Positions 13,850-28,200 of a stretch of 64,000 nt of DNA are shown here, one piece after another (positions within the stretch are counted from its first letter, which is position 1; each line of letters opens with the position of its first letter). This DNA is from Lingula anatina. Lineage: Eukaryota; Animalia; Brachiopoda. The translations under genes and the position numbers were made by a program. Location of the stretch: positions 14,322,001 to 14,386,000 of the forward strand of contig CM120649.1 in the NCBI GenBank assembly GCA_051362555.1, in the 5' to 3' direction. The notes below the pieces were generated by a model. That model had not been told where the DNA came from, made no database searches, and worked only from the letters and a program-made list of their open reading frames with translations.

Positions 13850-14040
13850 CCCGGTGTCACGTGACAGAGAGTCGCCCATGACAGAAAGTCCGCTTCCAAT
13901 TACTTCCCATTACTGTACAGGTGAGCCTCGCCCTAGAAAATGACCAACCTAGGTCAGGCTAACCCTATAACCATTGTGCGTGTGACTAAATGGAGGGCGG
14001 GTTTTCTGTTACATGGACCCGCAGTTTCTTTACACCGGTT
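13850..14040. repeat. Dispersed repeat family with ccggtgt...acaccgg-type ends (related pieces ~2068-2280, ~14380-14720, ~16420-16590, ~58210-58330)
   Basis: Shared blocks gtccgcttcc...caggt(g/a)agcctcg...aggctaacccta...taaatggagggcg and gacaggaatggtag...tgtacaaagtaat. Confidence 0.5.
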
Positions 14041-15122
14041 TCATGGGAGCGTAAAAGGCAATATTCTTAAAGAGTGCACTTTTTTGTTGTCTGCATAAAT
14101 TCTGTCTATGAATTATTCCATGTATATTGTACTCCACTTCTTTGCCAGTTAGACATTGTTTGTTGGGCAGTAATTATAATGCACAAACGTTCAGTTTTCT
14201 TTTTTTTTTTTTTTTTTTTACAAACCGATATTAAATTCTTCAGAAGCGATCATGTATTATGGTCTTCGTGTCTGCAACTACAATGCTTAAAAAGTTCTCA
14301 GAAATATGCCAGTTGAACCTAAGAAAATATATATATTTTAAAGACAGACCTCAGCTCCTCAGTCGCCCTTTTACATTTGCCGGTGTGAACGGAATGGTAG
14401 TCCTAGTAAACGGAATAGAATAGAAGAATAGAATATAAGTCCTATCCATATTTATGACAGGAATACAGGTCCCATTAGGACTACTAATTCTAAGAAACAG
14501 TGGACCGTAGGACCTCGGTTCCAGGCGGACCTGCATTCCGTTCACACCGGCGTAAGAGGAATGGCAGTCCGGGGAATGGAAGTCCGGGGTCCAATTAAAT
14601 TAATATATGTCAGGGTTAGTCGGAGTACTGGGGTAAATATATGAGAGGAATGCCAACTGTACAAAGTAATTGGGGAACATACCAAGGTTTTTAGCGGAAT
14701 ACATGAACCATTCCTATCATACCGGGTTGTTAGGCCAACGAACCCTTACATTGGCTGAGATTGTGAAATGGCATAGAAATAAGATCAAAATTTGATTCAG
14801 AGATGACCATCTCCCGGCGAAAGGGGCAATTTTTTATGGCCCCCTGAGCCCCCCCCCCCCTTCCTCCCCATTTCCCATTCGAGAAAGTACTGTGGTGGTT
14901 GATGGAATCATTTGATAGGTGGCAGCACCGTTGTTTCAATGCTGTCAGGTATGAAGTGAGCAAAACAAGGATCAAGGGTTCAAATACTTTCCACCACCTT
15001 CCAAGCGAGAAAAAACATTTATCGTACAGATATATCAAAACTTGAACCAGCATCAGCAGACCTGCAGTTATTTACGCAGATTTACGGCCTGATGCAATAA
15101 ACGAGGCTGCCTCAGCACAGCA

Positions 15123-15225
15123 ATCCCTGCAGGCAAACGACATTGATTCTACGTTGATTCAACGTTGATACACCAAAGTTAACGTTGATTCAACGGTGAA
15201 TCAATGTCGTTTGTCTGCTGGGAAT
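15123..15225. mobile_element. Small hairpin MITE
   Basis: ccctgcaggcaaacgacattgattc ... gaatcaatgtcgtttgtctgctggg inverted repeat. Absent at the paralogous site ~24050. Confidence 0.65.
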
Positions 15226-15839
15226 ATAGCCACCCACTGTAAAAGTCATGTCTAAGTTTACCCAAGCAGGTGAAAAGACCTCGTCATTCACCCCCATTGC
15301 AATGACAATAATACTCTGTCAGCTGTGAAAATCAAGTGGAAAAACGATCTCCATGACCAAGGAGAAGATATTTTTGCACAAAGCACATATTTGGTGTCAC
15401 CTCAGTGCACTTATACAGAGTTAAACGCGGTTGTATTGCACACTATTAAAGACGCACCTCCGTTGACCCAAAGCTGGCTAGGCGTTCCTTACAGCCAGAT
15501 CGTCACGTCACTCGGACATTTCTCCATGACCTATTACAGAAACTACTCTGAGGCAGGAGAAGGTATTTTCAAAATGTATGTCTTCTGCTTCTTTTGCTTT
15601 AAGGGCTTTGATAGTGGCATAAACTTAAATCATGTATGGTGTTATTGAAGACAATGAAGACGGCCGACATACATGTACGACCGCACAGGAACTGTCAGAA
15701 CAATTTTGTCTTCTTTTCTTCAAAATTGAACTTCGTATGTATCGAATAAATTTTGTGTTGATCAATTAATATATTGTTTGCTGACGGTCTAAAAAACATT
15801 TACAACGAGCCATAAGGGATGATTTACGCAACGAAGTAC

Positions 15840-15847
15840 TATAAATA
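15840..15847 (+). promoter_or_regulatory. Candidate TATA box of copy B
   Basis: TATAAATA ~60 nt upstream of ATG 15903. The homologous positions of copies A (~9535) and C (~24958) read TAGAAATA. Confidence 0.35.
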
Positions 15848-15902
15848 CCTAGGACCCGATTTTAATTACGGCGACAGTCTGAGACCGTGACACAAGACAA
15901 CA

Positions 15903-18900
15903 ATGATGTCTTCTCCTCTGTACAGGGGTTGGGTAGTGCTTGGAATATCTGTTGTGATATTATTACTCACGGCGGGCGTCGAGACATCTTGGGGAACAAC
16001 GATCTTGTGCCTTCAGCAAGACAAAAATTTCCCGGAGTCATCTATTGCAGAACTAGGTAAGACTGTTTCGTGTACAAACAAAGGTTGCCTTTCATACGTC
16101 TTCAAAAGCGAGGTTTGTGCTCAGAGGAACGTTTCATAAACATGAAGGGAAGACTCCTCCTAGCAAGTTTACCGAACGCTGAGCCAACGGATTTTGAATG
16201 TGACTTAGGGTGGGGAAGCAGGGAGTGGGGCGGAGGGATGAAATATAAATAGCATAGTAAAGCTTAAAAAGATAAAAGAGGGCAATTTCACATTTTTTAC
16301 AGTGTAAGGTACAATGACTGGAAAGTGTTTGGTTTTGTGTTGTTTTGTTCATTGAGTGTTTTTGTTATCGGGGTCGGTAGACGAAGGTTTGTAAAATCTT
16401 CTGTCATCTCATACTACAGAAACCGGTGTGACAGGAATGGTAGTTCTATGAATGGAGGTCTGCGGTCCCTTTTTAAAACAGGTTAATAGGAGTATTGCAG
16501 TAAGTGTATGGGACGGATATCACCTGTACAAAGTAATGGGAATGGACTTTGGTTCCTAGCGAACTTCTTTTCCTGTCACACTGGGTCAACATGTAAGTCC
16601 TAGGCGTTATTGGGTCTACCCGTGTGTAGTCTACAGCCTATAGTGGGACGAGGCTTGTGTGGGTGGGAGAGGGTGGTATTTTTACTCTTTTTGACAAAAG
16701 ATGAAGTCTGCTATCAGTTTCTCCGCAAGACCATTTATATCTGTACAAGTCTTTTACTCAAAAATTGCGGTAGTTATAATCTCGTAGACACATCACACTG
16801 CAGAAACCAGGTCAATATGAATGTACAAAGACCTAATCGGATCGCCCCACGTTTTGTAGGCTTAGAATGAGTTCACAATATATTCGTGTAACTTGATCAT
16901 GTAGGATGAAAATGTGCAAAAAGGTTATAACAGCTGTTACAGATCTATTACATGGTACATGCCCCCTGGCATACGCTACCCCAGTACACTAAAGTACTAG
17001 TGGTGTTATGGGTGTAAGATGAAATGTTGACTAAAATTGAACACCAAACGTTAAAATGCCCCCATACGTTCATTGATGATTATATTGAGTCTCTCATGTT
17101 GTCCTGTAACAAAGCTAAATTTTATAATGCTCACAGACAGCCTGTTTTTGATTTCAATCTAATAAGAACAGACTAGGAAATATGAAACGTTAAGGGGCAT
17201 GGTGGTTTTGGGTGTATAAGAGAAAAAAACCGCAAATAAAAATCTAGAAAAGATACATTTCTACTGCAGTAAAGCACCATACTACACCATAGGCCTGCAA
17301 CAGTCAGATAATTAAAGACAACTTGAGGCAGCAACCTCTTTAATATCAGGGAAATGAATGAACCCAGAGAGGAAACTGATAGGGTAAATGAAGGTAAACC
17401 TACACAAGGGTCCATGCAGAAAAAGCACTCTATATAGGCATGTAGCCATTTGCCATCACGGGTCACACGGTGCAACAAAGTCACGTGGTCTTAAAAAAGA
17501 CTGGGTAGTACTGTGCCGGAATCCTACAAAATAGGCCGACCAGTTTGCCACTCCCATAGGCGCAGTAGTCGTATCCTGTAATTTTCTTTCCTGTAATCTT
17601 TTCTTTTTTTACAGAAATGCCTTCTTTAGGGCTAGGGAAGTAAAATCAGCTTGGTTGTTACTTATGAAATAATGAGCCTTTTTGCAATATGACCGCCAAT
17701 TTGTGGGGGGAAATGCAAAAACAGCCAAAAGTTGACAGATATTCCTTATTTGTAACTAAAGCAAATGTATTTTCTGTCGAAGGATCACACTACGATAGCT
17801 GACATCATCCAAGCATGGTACTATTATTAAAAATCAAAATGACAGTCAAAACAAACCTTAAAGGATATAAGTCGTAAAAGCAGTATATTGCTGGTATCAT
17901 TTTTTTTTTCTGATTAAAACCATCTCTGTCTTTCATTTTTCTGTTCATGGTGACCTTTTGTTCACCATAATCTTTATCAGCTTATTTGACGTTCATCGTA
18001 TGCTTGGTGAGGGCGTAAGCTCCCTTTGTAATTTTACTTCTCTAGTCACATATTGCATTTCTGTAAAAAGGGCTTATATTAAAAGAAAGACATCTGTAGG
18101 GTTAGCGTTCTGGCAACTAAATTATAAGCAAAGCGACTGAAAGACAACAAGGAGCATGTAAAGACACCAAACGGTTGAGGAAAACCTCAAGGTAGGAGTG
18201 CAGCTCCAAGTTCATCGTGTGACGTTATATTGGGATTTTTGGGGCAAAAACATCATTTTCGGTTTTCTGACTTTCTCAGGCACCTGGATACCTATAAAAA
18301 TGCTTTTAATGGTATTATGATACTTGAAGAAAGTACTACAAAAAGGGGTTCGGGGATTTTTCTTTAAAGACCTAGTGATTTCTTTAAAGACTTAGATGAT
18401 TTTATCTATAAAAACTTGATTTTTAGCCCTATTCGAGTACAGTCCAACCTTAAGTACATGTAACACAGTTTTATGTTTACTGATATTCTTCTGACCCTAT
18501 TCATTTGGAGGGGAGCTAAATAACGATGTTCGTTTGTTTGTTAGTTTGCTTGTTTGCTTGCTTGCTTGTTTGTTTGTTTGTTTGTTTTACAGGTACCCCA
18601 TTGACAGTGTACTATGTTTTCCAACTATCCCTTAGCAGCTTGATATACTTGGCATTGGCAGAGTTTGGTCACCTTGACCATCGACAAGTTGTAGCTATTG
18701 GACTGAGCTTGATAGTGCTGGGGTTGTTGCTGACGACATTTGCAAATGGAGCCCTGACTGTGGCCATATCTTTTGGCATTATATTTGGCACTGGCTGTGG
18801 GTTGGTTGTTGTTTGTACCTATTCAGTGATAGCTCTCTGGTTTCCATGGTCACACAAGTACCACGTGTTTACAACCAGTTCGTTGAGCAACATGATGCCT

Positions 18901-21804
18901 GTTGGTAAGTATGCAACCCTCTGAATATAATGGCAAAATAAAAAATTTCATACTCATAATAATAATGATATCAATAAAGAAAAAGAAGAAATATTTTATA
19001 CGATATATATTTCGATAAATATCAATCTGCCTAAAAATATCTAGAATTACATAAAATTAAGTACAATAAAATTATTTTGAATAACAATTGAATTAATAGC
19101 CTTATGAAACACAATTTACTCATTCTGGGTGAAAAACTACATCAACTGAATCTAAAAATTGTATTAAATTTTGAAACCTTTAAATCGACCATCACACTCC
19201 TTGTACTTTGACGGTTCCTACCCTGTAGGTCCGTCATATGTCGAGCAAAAATAACAGCATTATTATCTTAATTTCAGGCTCGGTAATTGTGAACAACGTT
19301 AGTGCCCAGATGTGCTCAATTCCCTCACTGGGTTGGCGTTGGGCGTTCCGAATTTATGCAGTCATTATTTCTTCTTTGGGTATTCTTCTACTACTGGTGT
19401 ACGGACACCCTCCAATGGCATCAAATAAACAACGTGGCTGTCCATTAGGCAAAAAGTTAATAATTCACGCACGCGCGCGCGCGCGCGCGCACACACACCC
19501 ACAAACACACACACGGAAGCAACAATAATGTAACATTTTCTATTAAAGCTATAGTATTTAATGTCTATTTTACATCTCATCTACATTAATTAAGGCGAAT
19601 GTGCTGTTTTTTGGACGTGACAGTACCCTCAATAATAGTGAACAAGGGTCGAGTCATATAAGGCTGCAAAATTGTTGCATTATGGTTGAATCTCTATATT
19701 GTTATGTTTATACGTTTAAACCCCAACGCGTTTTACATATAAAAGAGTAAATTGCATCTTAAGAGACCACCGGTAACCCTTTCCTATGAGGTGAGACGTT
19801 TTGATCCATCATTAGAGAGCCTAAGTCACGTGACTGGCTCATCGGTATGATGACATACCCCGGTATCTTACAACTAATCCTCAAATAAGAAACAATGGTA
19901 AAATTGTTTCCCCTGTTTTCATATAACAAATATAACGAGTCCCATCCCATTACTCAGCATACTTGTTTCATCCAATGTCTCTTTCGAAAGAATTACAAAT
20001 CTTGTCCGATGAGATTCAAAACTATAGCAATTAGAGTCAGGGGCAAGTATATCTCTTGAATAGAGGCTATTCAACTGGATATCCTCATTCCCTGATAAAG
20101 ATGTCCTGCTGGACATCGAAATATTGGAGGTAAAAACTATCTCAATATTAGCTGTTGAAGAAAAAAATCACATCATTCTTATAACAATTATAATAACAAA
20201 TGGAGATCAAAATTTAAAGCAGACCCATTGTTATAACGATCAAATCCAACAGCATTTGCTAGAACAATTTTATGCCAGATCACTAGTCAGGGTAGTTAAG
20301 GCAATGAAATAATATCAAACTCCATGTCTTTCAGGTCAGACTTTCTGCAAAAACCACCTTGGACTATAAGTTCTAAAGCTGCCATTTATGGACTATGGGC
20401 CGTGGCAGTATGCTGTAAGGGATTCGCTTTCTTTTTGCCTTTTGTTATACTAGTAAGTATGAAAGTAACGATAAATACACATGCTGACTTTGTGACAGGT
20501 TCAATTGGTATATGTGCCCGTTTTGAAAATTTGTGAACACAGCCTGCATGGTCAATAATAACGACATACAGAGACAGACAGCGAACATTTAAGATACCAT
20601 TAAGATGGTCATTATACTGATTCTTCTTCGAAACTTGTAGAACTTCGAAACTTGTAGAAGTGGAAGGAAAATAAAAAAAACGTCTTATCAGATATAAGTG
20701 ATCAGTTTGTTTTTTAGTTCGGCGAAAACGACACTAGTAATAACAATAAAAACAAAATCAAAAAGTATGTAAAATAATAACAATTGCATGAATTCATATT
20801 ATGCATAAACATTTATGAATAAATATTAGAATAGAATTAACACAGTAAATTTAATAATTTGTCAATTCTCTCTTTTTCAGCCAAAACACGTGACCGACCT
20901 AGGGTATAAGGAGAACGAAGCAGAATACGTGATGACTGTTCTAGGAATCACGGGCATGATAGGACAGATGTTTTCCGCTTTTGTCGGAGACTATCTAAAA
21001 GGGAAGTTAATGGTGGTGAATTTGGTTGCAGCTTCTTTGCTTGCTATTAATAATATCATCGCTGCATATTCGACATCTTTGACTGGTGCGTTCGTATATG
21101 GTGCTGGTAGGTTTTTTTCTTACCTGTCTCTTATAATGATAAACTTTTTGGTCCATAATATTGATTTTATTTAATAATTTTCTTGCCTTATGTTACTTAT
21201 GATATTTTAAGGAAGTCTAACAGAGAGAAACATGAAAAAACGTAAACATGCAAATCATAAGTAGATTTCCAAATTGCACAGGAAAGAAAACGTAATGAAA
21301 ATGTAAACATATATTTTTCCTATGTAATGATTATCAAAATCTCCTAAAATTGATAATTCCCCAAAAATTATCAATATGTTACCATTTAACCGAATTGTGA
21401 TACAATATTCCAGTCACTGGTCTGGCTTTTGGTCCATATAATGCCGGGTACTTTGCTGTCTTCAATGAGGTCATGGACGGCGAGAACGTTGACACGTTAT
21501 TTATGACAACGCGTTTAAGTAAAGGCGTTGGAGCTACTACGGGTCCTTATTTGGCAGGTAGATATAAGACTTCTTTCAAAACATATTTATTTGTCCTAAA
21601 TCATCTTGGTAATCACTCCTCCCGTCTTTCTGTAACTTCCCTTTTTTAATAATGCCTTACAAAAAGTTTCGTATACGATCCACACATGAACAAAATACCT
21701 CAATTTGTACAAGGTATACATTTATTTGTTTATTCCAAATGTTATTCAGAAACAATGTGGAAGAAATCATTTATATATTGCAGCATACGGTCTTGTATGG
21801 TGAT

Positions 21805-21837
<33 letters not shown>

Positions 21838-22776
21838 CTCAGAACAGCGGACTAACAGATCCGCGGATCAAATATGGCCGACCCACTTGAATGCTTGTTG
21901 CGTAATCCCCATGGAGAATCTACTCATTGTCTAATCGGGAATTACGTGGCTAGTTTTTTAGTGGGTCGCCATATTTGATCGGCAGATCTGTTAGCCCGCT
22001 GTTCTGAATACACTTATGAGAGAAAGAGAGAAGTTTGTGCTGCTTAAAGCCTAGGTCCCAACAGAACGTACGGGCTGCTACGTGTGGTCTACGGCCCAAA
22101 AAAATGGGGGAAAAGCCTAGGTCCCAACTACGTTTTGGACGCACGTTTTTTTTTTTTTTTTTTTTTTTTTTTGGTTCCTTGCGTCCGGCTAGGTCGTAGT
22201 TAGATCGCACGTAGCAACTGTTGATCATGTCGAAAAGTTTCTACGTGCTGTTTGCGTCCTCCAAAATTCGCACGATGGACGTCCTTCTCACGCACGAACT
22301 CCTTCCCGATTCCTTCCCTGCGATCTAGCTACGTCCTAGACGGAAGCAAGGAACCTAAAAACCGTGCGTTCAAAACGTAGTTGGGACCTAGGCTAAACGT
22401 GGGAGTTCGTGCGTGAGGAGCACGTCCATCGTGCGACTTTTGGAGGTCGCAAACAGCACGTAGAAACTTTTCACCAATTACTTTATTTCTTCCCTACGAT
22501 CTAGCTACGTCCTAGCCGGACGCAAGGAACCTAAAAACCGTGCGTTCAAAACGTAGTTGGTACCTAGGCTTTAGACAGTATGTAGATATCTATATCCATT
22601 CTTTTACTTCTTCAGGCTATATCCGTGACGTCACAAGGAGTTACTACGCAGTGTTTCTATCTATTGCGTCATGCTTCGGTGTGTTTGTCCTAACAACGGG
22701 TGTAATTATATTTATCAACAAGTGGAGGAACTTGAAAAGTATAGAACTGATGAAGAATAGCATTTTGCATGAGTAA
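15903..22776 (+). CDS. SLC16/MCT-like MFS transporter, copy B (430 aa)
   Basis: Exons 15903-16056, 18593-18904, 19278-19455, 20335-20452, 20881-21106, 21414-21557, 22616-22776. All introns GT-AG, phases identical to paralogs, no stops. Motifs YRGWVV, LGWRWAFR, GPYLAGYIRDVT. Confidence 0.88.
21836..22013. mobile_element. MITE family member (others ~31055-31224, ~46788-46948, ~58407-58697)
   Basis: TIR cagaacagcggactaacagatccgcggatcaaatatgg ... ccatatttgatcggcagatctgttagcccgctgttctg. Four related dispersed copies in the window. Confidence 0.7.
22047..22570. mobile_element. Compound MITE-like insertion in intron 6 of copy B
   Basis: Ends agcctaggtcccaac / gttggtacctaggct, with internal repeats of the same termini (~22115, ~22380). 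Absent from the paralogous intron of copy C (~31295). Confidence 0.65.
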
Positions 22777-25276
22777 ATACTACAAAATCAGATTCCTCGT
22801 GTTGCTTCTTAGCTTTGAGCAGTCAAAATTTGTCCGAAATTTCATTCTAAGAATTCATTATGTTGTGTAAGAAAATGACACTAGTATTTTTTTATACGTT
22901 ACATGCATTGACTCTCACTTCTCATGTAAAGATACTGTTAGAGTTTATAATAATGCAGATTCCGAAAACGAGGGTTTTCCTGCATCTAGTTAATTAGTAA
23001 TTCATCTACCACTAAGCTGATTTAAAACAATAAAAAAACGGGAAATGTAAAATATCGGCGTTAGCTTTAGTTAGCTTCATTGTATGTCTTTATTTCTGTA
23101 TAATTCAAAATTATTAGTAAACATATTATGCTATGTATTTTAGAAATTATAAGTTCTAAGTTACTTGATGTATTTGTACTTGTTATATATTGCTTCGCCA
23201 TTTTAGCATACCGCGGCGTCTGTCTATTTTAGCGTTAGTCGGAGCAATGGGATTGAGTTAATATTATGTGAGTATTTACATCGTCGTAAGCGGGTTTCTT
23301 TACATGTACGTGCAAAGCAGATAATTATATGTTTATGTAAGTTGTTTATGATCTTTTACACGTGTATATTCTTTATGGTAGTGTTAAGTGATCTACTGTT
23401 GAGTGGTTCATTATATACCAGTATTTATTATTGTATTTATTATTTGAAGGCCACCGCTACGTTACATTCCCATGAGAAGTTTATTCCATGTTTTTTCGTT
23501 TAATTTAAGGGATTTGATATTGTATAAACTTAATACCGGTTTAGTGCTATGGACCCGGTCGAGGTAAAACCGAGCAGGGACTGTCATGATAAAATGTCTT
23601 TTTTATTCAGTATTCAACTTTGAATTTAACGATTTTATTTCACGTTGATTAATAAACGCCTTTACTCGACAACAAATGCTAAGGATAAATCCATACTACA
23701 ATCTTCTTTTGCTGGTTACATTCATATCACAACGGGTTGTTAGGCCAACTAACCCACTGCATTGACCCAGTCTGAGATATAGCATAGAAATTAGATCAAA
23801 ATTTGATTCAGAGCTGACCCTCTTCCGGCGAATAGGGCGATACTGTCGTTGCCGGACTTACTGGAATGGGGACAACATCGCTTTTTCAGGGCTGTCAGAT
23901 ATAAAGTAAACAAAACAAGGATCAAGGGTTCAGATATTTCCTCCACCTTCCAAAGAAAGATTTATCAAAACTTGAACCAGCTCTACCAGACCTGCAGTAA
24001 TTTACGTAGATTTACGGCCTGATGCAATAAACGAGGATGCTTCAGCACATTAATATGGCCACCCACTGTAAAAGTCATCTATCAGATTACCCAAGGAGGA
24101 GAAGGAGACCTCGTCATTCACAGCCTTGTTTTGACAAAAAAGGCTGTGAATAACTACTGGAAAAACGATCTCCATGCCCAAGGAGAAGATATTTTGCACA
24201 AAGCAGATTTAATCGCGGTTGAATTGCACATTACCAAAGACGCACCTCCCGTTGACCCTACGTCAATCGGCTTCTTGCAGCCAGATCGTCACGTCACTGG
24301 ACCTTACTTCATGTCTTATTAAATACACTACTTTGAGGGAAGAAATGGTTATTTCAAAATGTACAAGTGCTCTGCTTTCTTTACTTAAAGGGCTTTGATA
24401 TTGATGTTAATTCAAAAGAGGTATGGTTTTATTGAAGAAAATGCACATGTAGACGGTCGATCTACGATCAGAAACAGTCAGAAAATTGTATCTGCTTTTA
24501 TTCAAAACTGAACTTTGCATGTATCGAATTTATTTTGCGTTGATCAAAGTTCGGTTTCGATAAAAAAAACAAGCCCTATAGAGGCGTATCTTACAATGTT
24601 CCTACCCCTAACTTTTTAACAGAAATGCCTTTTTAGGGCCGGGGAAATAAAATTAGCTTGGTTGGAGACATCAAGCGGATGTGAACGGGAACGTAAAGCT
24701 TAATCTCATGGTGAATGAACCTAGATAGAAAACTCTTGGTGAATGGAGGTAAACCTACACAGGGTCCACGCAGAAAAAGCAGTCCATATATAGGCATGTA
24801 GCCATTCACGGGTCTCACAGTGCAACACAGTCACGTGGTCTTAAAAAAGACTGGGCTATTACTGTGCCAGAATCCTACAAAATAGGCTGGTCAGTTTGCC
24901 ACTCCCGTTGGCGCAGAAGTCGTATCCTATATAGGGATATCTTGCACAACGAAGTACTAGAAATATCTTTGATCCGGTTTCTTCACTTGATATCGACAAG
25001 ATGTTGTAGACCTCAGCCTCAAATTTATTCCAACTTTAACTTCCAAAAACTTGCATAAAACACGACTATACCATGTGCACGCACTCGTTCAGCTTCTCTG
25101 TCTCGAGTCACGCGGAGGATTAGACCAATTATGAGGGTCAGGTTTTCAAAGGACGCCGCTGTGAATAGAATGCTGCAATCTGATTGGACGAGAGAGATAA
25201 ATGACGTCCCGTTTTTACTCATACTCTACAACTTCTCTACAACTTGATTACGACGACAGTCTGACACCAGAGAGCG

Positions 25277-28200
25277 ATGGTATCTTCTCTGTACAGAGGC
25301 TGGGTTGTGCTTGGGATATCCGTTGTGATATTATTACTCATGGCGGGCGTCGAGACATCTTGGGGGACAACAATCTTGTGCTTTCAGCAGGATGAAAATT
25401 TCCCGGAGTCATCTCTTGCAGAGCTAGGTAAGACTGTTTCATATACAAATAAAGGCTGCCTTTCATAGGTCTTCAAAAGCGAGGTATGCGCCCCCCAAGA
25501 TAACTTTATTTCGAGGTAAGCTTTTCGTAAGCATGAAGTGAAGACTCATCCGAGGACCCTTTGTGTTATTGGACGTATGACAGTTTATCGAACACTGAAC
25601 TGACGGATCTAAAATTGGGCTAAGGGATGGGGATAAAATATGTAAACTATGAAAATAGATGGAAGAGGGCAATTTCACAGTTATATATAAGGTACAACGA
25701 TCGGAAAGTGTTTGTGTAACAAACAAGTGTAACAGAACTTGCGGAATTCTTTTGTTGTTGTTGTTGTTGATCTGCATATTCAAATTTATTCAGATTAGAA
25801 CAGCAAACTTCCTATGTGGTGTTTCACCGCGGGTACTTTTTGAGAAAAATATTTTCGATACCAAAATTTTTTGTTTTTTAATTTGTCTCGTCATGCAGCC
25901 ACATCATTCTGCAGAAACCGGGTCAATGGGTGCTCAAAGACCTTACTGGGTCGCCCCATGTGTAGCAGCTTTAAAGGCTTACAGTGAGTTCACAAATTAT
26001 TCGTGTAACTCGATCATGTAAAAGTAAAATGTACAAAAATGTTATAAAAGCTGTCACATATCCTGTATACATTGTATTTGTCTCCTGGTGTATGCTTCAC
26101 TTAAGTACTAGAGTTGTTATGGGTGTTATATGAACTGTTGACTTCAGTTGAATGCATCACTTCAAAACACCCCTATACGTCTATCAGTTTGAAAATCATA
26201 TCGAGTCTGTAATGTTGTCCTGTAACAAAGCTATGTTTTATAATGCTCACAGACAGCTGGCCTTTGATTACAATCTAAAATCGTCAGGCTACTAGAGAAG
26301 AACAAAAATGAACACTTAGGGATATGGTGGTTTTAACACATGTAAACGTGGTGTCAAAAATACTTCAAGTACATGTAGTACTCAGGAAAAGAAACGTTGG
26401 TTCTGCAATGAAACCCCATACCACACTATAAACACTCAGAAAATTAAATCAAAAGGAAATTAAAGACAAATTGGAGACAGCAACCGGTATGTATATTACA
26501 TGCCATATATGTGTTGGCTGTAAAACTTAACAAAAGAAAGTTTAATATCAGGGAAATGAACAAACCTAGATAGGAAACTGATACCAGGGCCCAGCAAAAA
26601 ACCATCGTGGGCGTATCCTACAATGTTCCTAACCCTAACTTTTTAACAGAAATGCCTTTTTAGGGCCGGGGAAATAGAATTAGCTTGGTTGGAGACATCA
26701 AGCGAATGTGAACAGGAACAAAAAGCTTATATAATCTCATGGTGAATGAACCTAGATAGAAAACTCTTGGTGAATGGAGGTAAACCTACACCAGGGTCCA
26801 CGCAGAAAAAGCACTCCATATAGGCATGTAGCCATTTGCCTGCACGGGTCTCACAGTGCAACAAAGTCCCGTGGTCTTAAAAAAAGACTGGGGTATTACT
26901 GTGCCAGAATCCTACAAAATAGGCCGGTCAGTTTGCCACTCCCGTTGGAGCAGTAGTCGTATCCTACAATGTTCTTTCCTGTAATTTTTTTCTTTTTTTT
27001 CTTTTTACAGAAATGGCTTCTTTAGGGCTAGGGAAGTAAAATTAGCTTGGTTGTTACTTCTGAAATATTGAACCTTTTTTTGCAATATGATCGACAATTT
27101 GTGGGGGGAAATGCAAAAACAGTCAAAAGTTGACAGATATTCCTTATTTGTAACTATAGCGAATGCATTTTCTGTTGGAGAAACACAGTACGATAACTCA
27201 CGTCACCCTAGCATGTTACTATTATTAAAAAATTAAAATGGCCGCCAAAACAACCATTGAAGGGTATAAGTCGTAAAAGCAGTATATTTCTGGTATTATT
27301 TTTTCTGATTAAAACCATCTCTGCCTTTCATTTTTCTGTTCATTGTGACTTTTCGTTAACCATGATCCTTAACGATCATTATCAGCTTAATTGAGGTTCC
27401 TCTTATGCTTGGTAATCTTTGTAATTTTACTTCTCTAGTCACAAGGATTGCATTTCTGTAAAGAAGGGCTTAAATTATAAGAAAAACCTCTGTAGGGTTA
27501 GCGTTCTAGCAAAAAAAAATATAAGCAAGCGACTGAAAGACAACAAGGAGCATGCAAAGACACCAAACGGTTGAGGAAAACCTTTAGGTAGGACTGCAGG
27601 TTGGAGGTTAAATTAAAGGTCTTAGCTTTTTTAATCTTGTTGCACTCATTTAATGTATCTTCAAAAGTCTAACTATGCTTGAAACACAGGTCCAAGTTCA
27701 TCTTGTGACGTTATATTGGGATTTTTGGGGTAAAAACATCATTTTTTGGTTTTCTGATTTTCTCAGGCGCCTGGATAGCTATAAACATGCTTTTAATGGT
27801 ATTATAACATTTGAACAAAGTACTACAAAAGGGGTTCGGGGATTTTTCTTTAAAGATTTAGTATTGATTTTATCTAAAATAACGTGATTTTTAGCCCTAT
27901 TTGAGTACAGTCCCACCTTAAGTACATGTAACACGATTTTATGTTTACTGATATTTTTCTGACCTATTCATTTGGAGGGGAGCTATATAACGCTGTTCGT
28001 TTGTTTGTCTGTTTGTTTGTTTGTTTGTTTGTTTGCTTGTGTGTTTGCTTGCTTGCTTGCTTGCTTGTTTGTTTGTTTTACAGGCACCCCATTGACAGTG
28101 TACTATGTGTTCCTACTATCCCTTAGCAGCTTGATATATTTGGCATTGGCAGAGTTTGGTCACCTTGACCTTCGGCAAGTTGTAGCTATTGGACTTACCT

